Source: Eledone cirrhosa
Taxonomy: Eukaryota
Direction of reading: 5' to 3'
Length of the DNA: 64,000 nucleotides
Assembly (NCBI GenBank): GCA_964016885.1
Contig: OZ024741.1
Coordinates: forward strand, 15,872,001 to 15,936,000
Below, piece after piece: positions 45,786 through 59,478 of the stretch. Below the pieces are notes generated by a model that saw only the letters and a list, made by a program, of their open reading frames with translations, was not told where the DNA came from and searched no databases. The position numbers were made by a program, and so were the translations under genes. The stretch's first letter is position 1, and each line of letters begins with the position of its first letter.

Positions 45786-46124
45786 TATATATATATAATA
45801 CATATATATATGTATATATAATATATTATAGTTTTCATGAAATAGTCTTTAAGACTATACAGAGCATTTGTAGTTGTTCCAAATTGAAGGATGAGTATTT
45901 TAGACTTTGTTTTATCATGAGTTAAGACTCTATTGATTCTTCCCTGGATTTCACCAAATTCTGTGGATAAATCTATATCCTGATTCTTTTTGAGATGAGT
46001 TTGAATTATTTTTCCCACATCTTACGTTAACTATTTTTCCATTTTGACGCTATAGTCACTTATATATTATGGAATACTGTTGGCTTTTCGCTGCAGTGTT
46101 TTCTATACCTTTCATTTATATATA

Positions 46125-46217
<93 letters not shown>

Positions 46218-46365
46218 CGAGGTAGATATAGATGTATATATATACATCATATATATATACTCATGTATATATATACAACATTTTTATATATATATATATA
46301 TGTGTGTGTGCGTGTGTGTGTGTATGTGTGTATGTATGTGCGTGTGTGTGTGTATGTGTGTGTGT

Positions 46366-46411
<46 letters not shown>

Positions 46412-46560
46412 CCTGAAATGTAGTTACTTTTAAATTGTAATATAGGATTTAAACTAATATTGTAAATCCTGAGCCGTCAAATACACACACATATATTTGT
46501 GTGTGTGTACTCAACTAGCAACACACACACATAGATACATGTATATATATACATAAATAT

Positions 46561-46596
<36 letters not shown>

Positions 46597-46668
46597 CCAA
46601 TTTTCGTGGATTCACTCTTTACGGGTGCTCTAGGGACGTAATCCCCGCGAATACCGGGTGACAACTGT

Positions 46669-46699
<31 letters not shown>

Positions 46700-46962
46700 T
46701 ATTTCTTTTATTTGCCACTAGGGCATCAAAAGTGGGACAAGTACAAAGGGGGAGTTTACACAAAAAGGCGTCCTCAATAAGGAGAAGGCAATAACAAAAT
46801 ATAAAAATAAAATAAGATATAACAAAAAATAAAATTTTTAACAAAATCCTCAATAGGGAGGAGGCGCCTTGGGGGGTCGCACACACCCCCGAAAAAAGTG
46901 TGCAACCCTTCTCCTCAGGAGCACAGAGAAGGGGTGCTCCCTTGGTCTTTCATCTTCCTCAC

Positions 46963-49900
46963 CTATAGTCTGATGTAGAGTGAAGGCCCATTCACACGGG
47001 CCATTCTCGCCACTTTCACCCATCTTTCATAGAAACGGCTGGGGTGCAGCACCTCTCTCTCCATCCTGATCCTTCTTCCGAAATGATATCGGAAGAAACG
47101 GACCAGTTGTTGGCCAGAGAGAAAGGTGCCCGACCTCAGTCCTTTCAGACGCGTCCACCATACAACCTCTTTCGCCATGGCTATTACGCACAGAAACACC
47201 GCCTCTGCTTCATCTTTGAAGGGGGGAGGCGGCTTGATCATTACAATAGACTCGGTGGTCAACCGGATCGGTCCCACCCTTGACAGCAGTTGTTCGACAT
47301 AGCCCCACAGATCGGCTACGCCCGAGCAGTGTACTAATGCGTGTGCAACGGTTTCCTCGTCGCACACGCATCTGGGACAGATCTTTTTGGCGGGGTCCCT
47401 ACCCGGGCGCCCGTGTCTGTAGAGCCTTTCTCGAACGGGTAAAGCCCCTCGGTAGCACTGCCAGGCCAGGGACTTCTGGAAGTTGTCCATAGGTCCCGGG
47501 CTGAATGTCCTACCGAACAGGCTGGCCAGTTCGTCCTCCTCCATGTCTAGGGCTTCTCCGAGGGCGTCGTCGCACCTGCTGCGTACCAGCCCTCTATAGA
47601 ATGTTGCGGTGGAGTCTCCACTGATAACCGGATCCGCCTGCCAGAGGGCGGTGAGCGCCTGGGCACACTCAGTGTGCCAGGAGCCCAGTTTTCTCGGTCT
47701 TTGCTTGACCCAGGATTGCAGCTCGGTGAGTGAGACGAGTCTGGGAAAGGTTCGTCTCACAAACGAGGCCCACACCGGTTGTCCGGTGAGGAATACGTAG
47801 AGGTGCCCTAGCCTTAATGCGTGTTTACGCATCATTAGCCACGGCATCCCAGCCCTCCTTTCGAAGGGTGTTGACAGCAGATGGATCTCCTCACCATAGG
47901 AGCCCGCCTCTTCCAAAGGAATTGGAAGAGCGCGCGCTCCATCTTGGTGAGGGTTTCCCTTGGGCAGGGCACTACGGTCAGGCGGTAGTAGATGACGGAC
48001 GCTATGTAGGTGTTCGCCACCTCCGCCCGACCTTTCAGGGATAGTTTGCAACTGGCCCACTTCTGGGTCAGTGCAAACACCCTGTTCGTAACCTCCGCCC
48101 AGTTTTTCTCCACCTGGAGGTCCGGTCCGAACCAGACCCCGAGCAACTTCACCGGGCCCTCCGTCCAGCGTCCGACGACGCTATCGGAGGGCATCGGTCT
48201 GCCCCTCCACGTGCCGAGTTGCAAACCGATCGACTTGTCCCGGTTCAGCTTAGCCCCTGTGAACTTTTCGTACTCCTCCAGTAAGGTGCCGACCGCCTCG
48301 ATTTCGGAGGCCGTCGACACCATTACTGTCACGTCATCGGCCTAGGCCGACACCGCTTTCCGCAATCCCGGTTCCAAAGGGATGCCCTGCAACAACTCCA
48401 ACTTCCGCAGTAGAGGCTCGAGAGTCAACACATACAGAAGGGAGGAGAGAGGGCACCCTTGTCGGATGGACCGCGCGATTTTGAACGGCTCCGAGAGGTA
48501 GCCGTTCACCTTGACCCTAGAGCAGATGCGGCCGCTGTGCATAGCAGTGATCCAGCCCCTGAAAACGGGTCCGAAGCCTGCCGCCGCTAGCACCGCATCC
48601 AGGTAACCATGGTCGACCCTATCGAATGCCTTAGATTGATCCAAGTTGATCAGAGCCCCACCAAAGCCGGGTTCGTTCCCAACCCTCTCTATGATGTATC
48701 GCATGAGGTGGAGGTTGTCATGGATGGACCTGGACGGGATAGCACATGTCTGCGCATCTCCCACCAGGTTGCCCACGACAAGCGCCAACCTCTTTGCTAG
48801 CACCTTCGCCAAAATCTGTAACTCTGTATTTAGCAGAGTTATGGGCCTGAAGCTACTTATTTCGTCCCCCTTGTTCTCGTCCTTCCTCACTAGCGTGACT
48901 ACGCCCTTGGTCACAGCACAGGGAATTCTCCCGTTCTGTTGCCAGTTGAAGTAGACCACCTCGAGGAGATCGGGGAACAAGTCCGGCATCGCTAGATATA
49001 ATTCGTAAGGAAGACCATCGAGACCCGGGGATTTGCGTTTGCCGCATTGGCTCAGCACGTCCTCTATCTCAGCGGCTGAAATCGGCTCCTCGCAGGACTT
49101 CGCCTCCCTGTCCGAGAGACGCGGCAGACCGTCGAGGTATGGACCGAAGTCCACATCCCCAACCGGCTCCCCGCCCCTTCCGAACAGTCGGGCAAAGTGC
49201 CTTTGAAAGGCCTCACACATCTGCTTAGGCTCAAGGATCGCCCGTCCATCCTGGTCTCGCAAAGACCGGATGGTGGATTTAGTTCCACTCTTGGCCTCTG
49301 TCACGCGGGCCCAGCTAACAGCTTTGGTCCCCTCGTTCCCTAGAGCACGTATTTTACTTCGGACAACGCAGCCTTCGTGCTTCGCGTCGAAAAACTGGCT
49401 CAAAGCCGTTCTCGATGCTAGCACTCGGGCCACGTCGCCGCTTCTAATTGCCTCTTCTACTCTATCTATTAGCTCCCTTTCCTTCCTATTCCTATCCGCA
49501 GCTAGAACCTTACTAAATTCTATCGAGACTACTCTAATCTCTCTCTTTAGAGATACCCACCACCTGCTGTTGACGATCGCTCCAGTCAACCGCTCCTTAA
49601 CTAACGTACTAATCCGGTCCCTGTAAGCTTTACTTGCCGGCAAGGACAAGTTGAGCTTCCAGTAACCGGGGCCCTGTCTATGCGTTCTATCAAGGTTGAC
49701 CATGCAGGTCACCAACTTGTGGTCTGAATAGCCAACCATGAGCATTTCTGGACAACTTAAAATGTCCCTGTCCTTATTTCTAACTAAAAATCTATCTAGG
49801 TACGATCTAGATTGACCGCTACGATTTGACCAAGACCAGGTTGGCACCGTCGGAAAATCTAGTCGAAATCTATCGGCCAGGTCAAATCGGCCGAGTAACC

Positions 49901-50398
49901 CCTTGAGGCTGTTGCACCCCACTCTATCGGGACATGCCCCTGCATAGTCCCAACGTGCATCCAGGATACCATTCCAGTCCCCCACTAAAAGCAGGGAACG
50001 GGACGTCCCTAGAAAAGACTCCAGACGCTGGAAAAAGTCGGGCCGCTCTGTCCCAAAAGGGGCATATGCGGCTACCAGCCTAAAGGCTCCACCTTCACCA
50101 CTGCCAAGGTCCAGCACCACCAGTCGACCCCCGGGTCCAAGTGAACTATCTGTGTGGCGAGACCCAGATGTTTTTGCAGCAGAACGACAACCCCACCCCC
50201 ACCTCCGGGCTGACAGAGAGATGCGTGCATCTCAAAGTTATCAAATGTGGGGGCTAGCTGTCGCATGCTGCTGATCCGGGCCTCGCAGATAACCATCAGA
50301 TTTATAGATCGTGCCCTGAGGTCATTTAGAAGCATTGCTTGCTTCCAAGATGAGCCCAGGCCACGCGCATTTAGACACCCTACTCTTAGCACAGCCAT
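46963..50398 (-). pseudogene. ORF2: APE endonuclease, reverse transcriptase and C-terminal Cys/His finger; two frameshifts (~50125, ~47850) and one stop (48342)
   Basis: LNARGL, GDWN, SYLDRF, SDHK, PGLDGLPYE, RPITLLN, DQSKAFDRVDH, IRQGCPLS, A*ADD, CPRC..ETVAHALVHC. Confidence 0.95.
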
Positions 50399-50422
50399 GT
50401 TGATGGCAAGGAGAAAAGGCAC

Positions 50423-51598
50423 TTACCTCTCTGCGTCCCGGGGAGCGGGCCACTCAATTTCCATGAGGGTTGGGGATGGTGGTGGTGTTGTTGGTTTTTG
50501 TTGTTGTTGTTGTGGTTGTTTTTGTTGTTGTTGTTGGGGTGGTGTTGGTGTTGGTTGTTGGGGTGTTGGTAGCAGTGTTTTTTTCGGTGTGAGCTGGGGA
50601 CAGGCAGCCCTCAGGTGACCTCTATTTCCACAGAGGTAACAGGAGGGACGCCTACCCTCCACAATAATGTTGAGGTGGGTACGGTCATCCAGCATGATGC
50701 GCTCAGGGATTTGGGCGATACGTTCTGGCCTTATTTGGGTCAGAACTTCGATACTCGTTCCACTGAACGCGTCACCGGATGCCTTCCCTATTGATATGAG
50801 GTTGTCCTCGTCTAAATTGAGGAAACCGGTTAGTAACCACCAGTAGTTTATGTTTGGGGTGATGGTGGTTATCCATATTCTTTGGGGTTTTTTACCCATG
50901 TAGGTGGGGAAGAAGGTGTAGTGTGTGGAACGAATTGGCGACACAGAGTATTTTTTCGCCGCCAATTCGTCTTTCATCAATATGGATAAACTCCCATAGA
51001 GTTTATCCTTTTGTATGAAAATAATGTCTTTCATAGCTTCTTTCAGTACTAACTGAATTTCAGCTTGAGATGGTTGTGCTGGTTTTTTTGTTATGTTTGA
51101 AATTGTACGGAATACGACAGTTCGTAATTCCGTCTGTTTTTTTAGTTCTGGAGTCGAATTTATAGAAAAAGAACCATTTTCGCCAAAAGATACATATTTT
51201 TTGACTTTTTCAAGCATTTCTTTGGCATTTGAAATATCCTCAAGCACATATGTGACTGATATTTTAGCCGTTTGTGCAAAAGATATTTTGTTTTCATTGT
51301 TGGTGTTTGAATTGTTTTGTTTCTCGTAATTTGAATTGTTTTCATTTTTGTTGTTGTTGTCTTTCTCGTTTGGTGTGTTGGTTTTGTCATTGTTTGTGTT
51401 GTAATAAATTGGGTTTGCACCCGTGTTTAATTGTTTATCTGGCATATCGCCTTTTTCTAAGTCTTTTACAACGTTGGCGCGAGAAAGCAAAACGCTTTGT
51501 ACCGCTTGTTTCTTTCTTTCTTCTTGCATAGTGAGCGTGGCGTTATCATCAACACGTGCTGCAAGCATGGCGTCAATTTTTACCATGTGAGTCAGCAA
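50423..51598 (-). CDS. Tx1/L1 ORF1 with CCHC zinc knuckle
   Basis: Open 391-aa frame directly upstream of ORF2 with CYLCGNRGHLRAAC. Confidence 0.85.
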   Translation of the reverse strand: MLTHMVKIDAMLAARVDDNATLTMQEERKKQAVQSVLLSRANVVKDLEKGDMPDKQLNTGANPIYYNTNNDKTNTPNEKDNNNKNENNSNYEKQNNSNTNNENKISFAQTAKISVTYVLEDISNAKEMLEKVKKYVSFGENGSFSINSTPELKKQTELRTVVFRTISNITKKPAQPSQAEIQLVLKEAMKDIIFIQKDKLYGSLSILMKDELAAKKYSVSPIRSTHYTFFPTYMGKKPQRIWITTITPNINYWWLLTGFLNLDEDNLISIGKASGDAFSGTSIEVLTQIRPERIAQIPERIMLDDRTHLNIIVEGRRPSCYLCGNRGHLRAACPQLTPKKTLLPTPQQPTPTPPQQQQQKQPQQQQQKPTTPPPSPTLMEIEWPAPRDAER

Positions 51599-51800
51599 AA
51601 ATTTTTTGGAGTAGTTTTTACCCCCAAATGGGGTAAAAATACGATGACCACCCGTCTACAGACCTAGCCGGGTGGTTAAAAGGCACGAAGACAACACAAT
51701 AAAGATACAAACACTTACTGTCAATGAGTAAAATTTCAAAAAGGCAGGAGTAAAATTTCAAAAAGGCAGGAGCCGATGTTATACACGTCTATACTATACG

Positions 51801-51862
<62 letters not shown>

Positions 51863-51864
51863 AA

Positions 51865-52128
51865 AGTCTAAAGTCTGTCTTAAACCAGAAAGCTCATTTG
51901 GCCAGTGCTTATCCCGGTTTCATGGGGTGAAGCGACTGAGGGTACAAGACTTCTCCCTGGACAGACGACAGTCCATCGCAGGGTTAAACCCTCAGCTATT
52001 GCTGGTACTCATTTTCAGCTGAGTATACTGTAGCAACGTGAAATGAAGTGCCTTTGTTCAAGAACACAACACGCAACCCAGGAATCGTAAGTCCAACACA
52101 CTTACCACTAGGCCACGTGCTGCCTCCA
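51865..52128 (-). mobile_element. SINE/retroposon (family B-related)
   Basis: ctcattttcagctgagtatactgtagcaacgtgaaatgaagtg..caagaacacaac..accactaggccacg is shared with 3990-4133. Confidence 0.7.
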
Positions 52129-52205
52129 CAGATAGATAGATTGGAAGATTAAAACAAAAAAAAACGGACTAAAACATTTTTTCATTAGAATTTTAATTCC
52201 GTGAA

Positions 52206-52280
52206 AACACTATAGATATTTCTACGGCCTAGCTTTATCATCCGATTATGATGCAAGCCTAGGCGATTTCATCAGGTGTT
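52206..52280 (-). ncRNA. Type I hammerhead ribozyme motif
   Basis: Reverse complement AACAC-CTGATGA-[..GCCTAG..CTAGGC..]-GAAA-TATCTA-TA-GTGTT. Confidence 0.65.
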
Positions 52281-53311
52281 ATATGCAAATTATTTAACAG
52301 TATTACGTTGAACCTAAACATAGAATAGAAGTTAGAAAATAGAAAATAGTGGACCGATTCGATTTGGGGATGGCCTGTTAATTTGGTGTTATATCGATAG
52401 CAGACTGTCCTCGAATGTCGCTTGATGACAGCTTTGTGGGGGACTGGTAGGTGGGGTGGATTTCTCTTCAGATGGTTTTTTTCTGTATGGTATAAGAAAA
52501 TACAAAATATATACACCTATTAATAGAAGTGTATTCATTCTTCATTGAACCCACGTGGTGTAAGAATCAATCATACACGCATGAGAAGATCTATCGACAA
52601 GGTAAATAATTGTATATGCTGACAAAATGACGTCTCCAAATTCTTCTTCTTCTTCTTCTTCTTCTTCTTCTTCTTCTTCTTCTTCTTCTTCTTCTTCTTC
52701 TTCTTCTTCTTCTTCTTCTTCTTCTTCTTCTTCGGCCGAGTTTACACTAGAAACAACAGTCAATATAGACCACCTATCAACTCACCATATAGGGAGCAGC
52801 TGCATGGTATAAGAAAATAAATATATATATACCCGTTAGTAAAAGTGTATTCATTCTTCATTGTATAATTTGCTGCTCCCTATAATGTGAACAGGATATG
52901 AAACAGAAACTATCGTAACAAAATACTGCAATATCTTTCATCCAACGCACAAAGGATTCTCTCAATCCCAATCTACCGCCCTAATGCAATCAAGTAAGGA
53001 ATCTTTTTTATTGCGCAGAACAGACTACGTGAAGGCGATTTACAAAAATTATTTACATTCAATTCGTGTAGCAGCCATTACGCTCACACAACAAAATAGG
53101 GTCGATGCCTACATATATATACTTTCTCAGCCCACATACCACAACAAAAATATATCTTTTGTCGCATCACAAGTCTGGCGAGGATATCGATAGTGGAGTC
53201 GGATCCATAATTCCTATGAGTTACCATGATCCAATCATCTGCGAAACGCGCGTAACAGGTCGATACACAATAAATATTTGTTATATGTAAACGAAACTTC
53301 CTCGTTTTCTC

Positions 53312-53351
<40 letters not shown>

Positions 53352-53602
53352 CAAGAAAGAAGAGTGACATGGTTTGCTATACTGGACTACATCTAAGTGG
53401 ACTACTTATAACAATAATTTGTTATCCCGTATATATATATATATATATATGAAACATTTCAGGACCCCGACAGCTGAGCTCCGACGGCTTCATATTACCC
53501 ATTCTACTAACCCGAATATCGAGTACTCTGGTGAGTAATGATCTAACTGGTTTTTACCGCCTCCATTCTGGAAAAAGTGTGAAATCTTTGGTACAGTTAG
53601 GT

Positions 53603-53911
53603 ATATTTAAAAAAAAGGAAAATAATGACTTCACTTGTAGTTCTTATTTAATTTTATAATATTATGATTTTACAATTTGGTTTGGTAGATCTAGTAAGTT
53701 CTTTATTAAGTTCATCAGTTTCACAATCGTTACCGACGAATGCGAGAAAGTTCTCCAGGAAAGTTAACCAAAAATCTTTAAAAACTCTCCCCACCGAGGT
53801 TAACAAAGAACTTAGATCAACAAAACCAAATTGTAAAATTATAATATTATAAGATTAATTAAAAGGTTTAGAACTACAAATGAAGTCATTCTTTTCCTAT
53901 TTTTTAAATAT
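53603..53911. repeat. Older imperfect inverted repeat with ~90-bp spacer
   Basis: aatgacttcacttgtagttct..ttttacaatttggttt mirrors aaaccaaattgtaaaa..agaactacaaatgaagtcatt. Confidence 0.75.
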
Positions 53912-53961
53912 GTATATATATATAAAAACAATGAGTTAAAGACTTCATTGATATGACTTAT

Positions 53962-53997
<36 letters not shown>

Positions 53998-53999
<2 letters not shown>

Positions 54000-54195
54000 C
54001 GAAGGAAATGTGGTAAGGAACCAGGTGGACCATAACGCACCAAAGTACTCAATGCTTAGGGTAGTGGAGTGGGTAATAGGAACGAGTATGACCCCACGGT
54101 TGAGCTCAAGCCGTTTCGACGGCTAATTCTGGACTTTTTAGTCCAGAATTAGCCGTCGAAACTGCTTGAGCTCAGCCGTCGGGGTCCTACTCGTT

Positions 54196-54200
<5 letters not shown>
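53998..54200 (-). mobile_element. Palindromic insert (arms 54076-54200) of the 41840-42002 family
   Basis: GAAAC(G/T)GCTTGAGCTCA(G/A)CCGT..GGGGTC mirrored around gact-tttt-agtc. Confidence 0.8.
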
Positions 54201-54255
<55 letters not shown>

Positions 54256-54490
54256 AAAAAATGGGGAGAAGAATACTGCTGGTTGCACATGGATAACATG
54301 TAATAAAATAAGTCCCTCATCAGTGATTTGCCGACGATCATAGATATTTCATTGCATTAAAAATCATATACCTCACGTCGGTGCAATAATAACTAAATTA
54401 AGTTATTAGGACAATTAAAACGCGTAAAGCGAGTGAAACAAGATAACAACAAAGAGGATAGCTAACCGTAGAAGGAAGGGAACAAGCTTC

Positions 54491-54589
<99 letters not shown>

Positions 54590-54679
54590 TATGTGACAGA
54601 TGGTACATTTTATTCAATTTATAAAAATTGCAGAAATGAATTTCTATAAAACCAGCCATGTATATCCATACATACATAC

Positions 54680-55090
54680 ATGATGGCCGCCCCCTCGTTA
54701 TCGAGTATGGCCATTACACGAGAAAAAAAATATATATATATATACATATATACATACATATACATACACATACATATACATTAATAACAATAATAATAAT
54801 AATAATAACAACAATAATAATAACGACAACAACAACAATAATAATATACATATATATATACACACATACGCACACACACATAAACATATCTATACACACA
54901 CACACGATAGTAACTAACAGCGCTGCGATGGAATGTGGCTTTTTAGCCCAGCCAATGATCTAAAATGTCTTGCACAGAGTCGGCAACCAAAACATTCACT
55001 GGGAATAGTCGGCTGTGGTTGGAGTTCATGTACTTTTGCATGTCGCTTGAGCCCTCCTGCTGATTTACATTCTCTACCACATGCTTGGCA
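54680..55090 (-). mobile_element. 3' end of a zinc-finger RTE element (near-identical to 60545-60913)
   Basis: CQACGRECKSAGGLKRHAKVH and CRLCARHFRSLAGLKSH, with (CATA)n on both sides. Confidence 0.85.
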
Positions 55091-55164
55091 TACATACATA
55101 CATACATACATACATACATACATACATACATACATACATACATACATACATACATACATACATA

Positions 55165-58100
55165 AATGGCGACCGTTGTGGTCAGTGTCCGATAATCGGA
55201 CGTGTTTAATTACGGCTTACATGAAGGCAACATACCATATATTGGAAAAAGTTGAGCTACATTATGCGGTAAGATTACATACAATAATTCTGCATAAGTG
55301 TTTGAACTGTAAGTGTGTTGTAAAACACCTATTTATATGAACGATACATACACTTATGATTTATGAACAATACATACACTTTTAACATATAAATGCAACG
55401 TTGTTATATTACATATGTAAAGAAATATGCAAGTAACGTTTTCGATTCAGAAACAAAAATATAAGTGTTTGAACTGTGAATATGTTGTGAATAGGTTGTA
55501 GAACACCTATTTATATGAATGATACATAAACTTTAACATATAAATACAGTGTTGTTATATTATATTACATTCATAAAGGAATATACTAAGTAACGGTTCT
55601 TTTTGTTCTCGATTCAAACGATTCAAGAACAACGTTTAAAACACAGTTGTAGAATTAAAAACTAACTGAAAAGAAATATTACCCAAGCTGTGAATAACTT
55701 TAAATTTGATTCTGCAGAACTTTGTCGTAACTTTTAAAGAAGATCATCGTCTATTTTGAAAAATAAATACAAAATATTAGTGAATAGACGAACTCATCAT
55801 GGCAAAAAGTACAAGTCTCCTTCGACCAAATCGCAACTACAACCGTTGTACACAGTGGAGCTACGAGCTTAACAAAGTATTATATGAAGCATACAAACAA
55901 TCTGAACCCCAAAAGTTCGGTTTTATGCAAAGGCTAAAAACTTTATGGAACTCCAAACACCCAGAATTAGACTTTTCTCCAAAGCATCTAAATGAACAGG
56001 CAAAACGTATCATTAGATGTAAATTGATACATCTAACGGAATTGAGTGATACTACAAATACAGCCCTTGTAGACAACCACCCCACCTCCACTGACAGACA
56101 AAGAGAATGGCCAGCTAAATCTAACAGTGAACAGCTCACCAATAATTTTGCTGAAATCCATCCCACTTCCACTGAAGAACAGCGAGAAAGGTCAGCTGAC
56201 TCTAGTAGTAATTGTCACCACATCAGCAACGAGGCTGAAATTCATGACTCTACTGAACAAACAGAGCACCAAAAACTTGTGGGCACCCTACAAGTGATAT
56301 GGAACGATATGTTTCAAGAGATACACAGCCTTAATGTGAGTGACAGACCATACAACACTAGAGTCAGTAAAGAACCCACTAAATTGGAATTGGAAGCGGT
56401 GAACGAAATAGCTGGCAATTATCTGAAGACTATACGATCTAAAGGTGTAGAAACGACATTTGAAACGCTTAATGTTTTGTTATATGTTTCAGCTGTCACA
56501 TTGCTATCATATAACACACATCTAAAACCACGCAATCAAGATACAAACAGAAAGCCTGAACCAGCGTGGATGCGAAATTTAAAAACCAAAATTTTTTCCC
56601 TGAGACGAAGTATCTCACACATCGCAGTCGTTATGAAATGCAACATAGAGAGCAACTTCACACGACACCAGGAAGACCTAAAGAAAAAGTTAGAGAGACG
56701 ATTTGGAGATACAAAATTTAAAACTTTGAACTCCAAATTACACCAGTTGAAACAGCAACTCACAGCTACAACAGAAAGACTAAAATATAAGTCAACAGCA
56801 CATAAACGACAAGTGCTAAATAGATTGTTTGCCAGAGATCCTAAATCAGTTTATCGCAGCTTAGGTGGCAAAAGCTGAATCCCTGTAAACGACACCCCTT
56901 CAAAAGAACAGGTTGAGAGCTACTGGAGATCTGTATGGGAAACGGATGACGGATTCAACAGACAAACTAATTGGCTAAAAGAACTGGAACAGGACTACTG
57001 CCAATATGTCCAGACAAAACAATATGACATAGATGGGTCAATACTGGAAACAGCTCTACAGAAAATGTCGAATAGGAAATCGCCAGGCCCAGACCTCATT
57101 ACAGGATACTGGTTGAAGAATTTCACTTTCTATCGGCAACATCTCATACGGCTGTTTACAGAAACCATTAAAGGCACACAAGAACTGCCCAGATGGTTAT
57201 CAACTGACACTACTCTCCTCATTCCCCAAAATAGCCAAACCACCCTTGCTAAAAATTACCGCCCAATTGCCTGCCAAAACATCATGTATAAATTATATAC
57301 TGGGTGTCTTAACCTATTCTTACAGGATCACTGTGCTACCAACAACATCATAACACCTGAGCAAGCTGGTGGAAAGAGGGAGGTGTGGGGTTGCATAGAT
57401 CACCTACTAACTAACAAAATGATTCAGGAAAAAACAACAAAGAATCGCAGAAACATGACTGTCGTGTGGCTGGACTATCAAAAAGCATTTGATAGTGTAC
57501 CTCATGGGTGGATTATTAAGGCTTTACAGTTAGCTAAAGTCCCACAACCATTGGTAGCTGCTGTTGATCCTTAGAGGTGACAATTTGATCCTTAGAGGTG
57601 AGAAGGAGCAGGTTAAGACTGATAAGATACATTACCAGAAGGGCATCTTTCAGGGTGATAGCTTGTCAGTGCTACTCTTCGTTCTCTCACTGAATCCACT
57701 ATCTTACCTACTCAGGAAACAAGGTGGACAAAGAAGTGGGCCCAGAAGTATCTCCCATCTTTTCTTTGTTGATGACCTGAAGTTGTATGGGCCAAATATC
57801 AATAACATCAAGAAACAATTGGACCTCATTACACAATTTTCAACCGACATCAAAATGAAATTTGGTGAGTCCAAGTGTGCATATTTGGCAGTAAAACGTG
57901 GAAGAGCTGTGCCCTCCTCTAGAAATCTAGAGATGAACGGCCTGACAATACAACCTCTGCAGTCAGGTGACAACTACAGATATCTTGGACAGGATGAGAA
58001 TGTCAGATATGATGGACCCATAAATAAGGAGAGAACCAGAACTGAATACCTCAGAAGAGTAAAGAAAATATGGTCATCAGAACTGTCAGCATACAACAAA

Positions 58101-59374
58101 TACATTGCCCACAATACTTATGCTGTGCCAATTCTAACGCCAACATTTGGCCTACTGAACTGGTCATTGCAAGAACTAAGTGAGATGGATGTTAGAACTC
58201 GAAAACTTCTCAGTGTTACTGGGAACTTTAACATCAATGGTGATGTGGATAGGCTATACTTCTCACGCAAGGAAGGTGGCCGGGGTCTAAAATCAATATT
58301 AACAACATATGAGACCCGGATAGTAACACTGAAGCAACACCTTCAACAGAGGAAAAAGGTTGGCAACCATCTTGCCCAGGTTTATGAGCATGAAAAAAGA
58401 AATATCATTAGAATAGCGACTGATCGGGAGGAGAGATATGGAATAAAGCCTGATATAAATCTCTCACCCAGAGAAATCGGAAGATCCTATTCAATGTTCA
58501 AACAAGATTAAAAAATTGACCAATTTACAGAAAAAGTTGTGCATGAATACTTGAGGCGTAAAACACAGACCATAGAGGGGATAAACCACTCAAAAAGCCT
58601 GGCATGGAGTTCCGACAAGTTTATGACATCACACCTTGAGGGATATCTCTATGCAATACAGGAACAAGAACTCCCTACCAAATATCTGCTGCACAAAAGA
58701 GGAGGGTCAGCAGCTGACAATAAATGTAGGCTATGTAAAACAGAGATCGAGGATGTAAGCCATATTGTTGCCAGCTGCGAAAGAATGTCATCTCGCTACT
58801 ACCTCCCCATGAGACACGATGGGATAGCTAGAACCATCTGGAACGCACTTCGGAAAACAAAATTAACAACAAACGAGGAAGAATATATTGAGACAGATGG
58901 CACTAAGGAATACTGGTGGAACCTGAAAATAAAAACTGCCACCAAATTAAAGCACAACCGGCCTGATATTGTAGTTTGGGACCACACATTGAAAACGTGT
59001 TCTGTTGTGGAGATCAGCTGTCCACTTTATGTAAACGTTGTCAGAAAAATACAGAAGGAGGACATCTACGGACCATTGATGAGGAGTTTACAAATCCAGT
59101 ATCCAAGATACACCTTTAGCTTCATACCCATCATTATTGGTGCTACGGGTTATATACCAACCCGCTTGGACCAAAGTATGACTGAACTTGGATTTGCGGA
59201 CAAAAAGCGCAGTTCCCTAATTCATAGTCTACAAATGGCTGCGATAGCTGGCACCTTCAAAATTTGCAAAACATTCTTGCGATTCAAGGGATGACAATTT
59301 CTTTTCTTTTACAACCTTGCCACCAGGAAGGTGGCCGGTCAAAAAAATATACTCGAAATTAAGAGAAAGAGAAA
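55165..59374 (+). mobile_element. R4/Dong-like non-LTR retrotransposon (RT plus restriction-like endonuclease), disrupted, in (CATA)n
   Basis: ORF pieces 55799-59294: KSPGPD, NYRPIAC, WLDYQKAFDSVPH, GIFQGDSLS, HLFFVDDLK, YRYLG, CRLC..HIVASC, RHD, NRPDIVV..VEISCP. The 5' boundary is inferred from the repeat edge. Confidence 0.9.
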
Positions 59375-59478
59375 ACATACAAACATACATACATACATAC
59401 ATACATACATACATACATACATACATACATACATACATACATACATACATACATACATACATACATACATACATACAT

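Larger units (their letters stand above)
46698..51800 (-). mobile_element. Near full-length L1/Tx1-clade non-LTR retrotransposon in (TAGA)n
   Basis: ORF1 and ORF2, a 3' UTR with AATAAA, and (TAGA)n directly on both sides. Confidence 0.95.

Noticed and set aside
45830-46030. Possible host exon ([10 protein letters not shown]..)
   Set aside because: No recognisable domain or confident splice sites.
53170-53262. Additional hammerhead (CTGGCGA..GAAA-CGCGCG-TA); similar partials at 19795-19890 and 38164-38190
   Set aside because: The core box is mutated or stem I does not pair. Plausible decayed copies, but not called.
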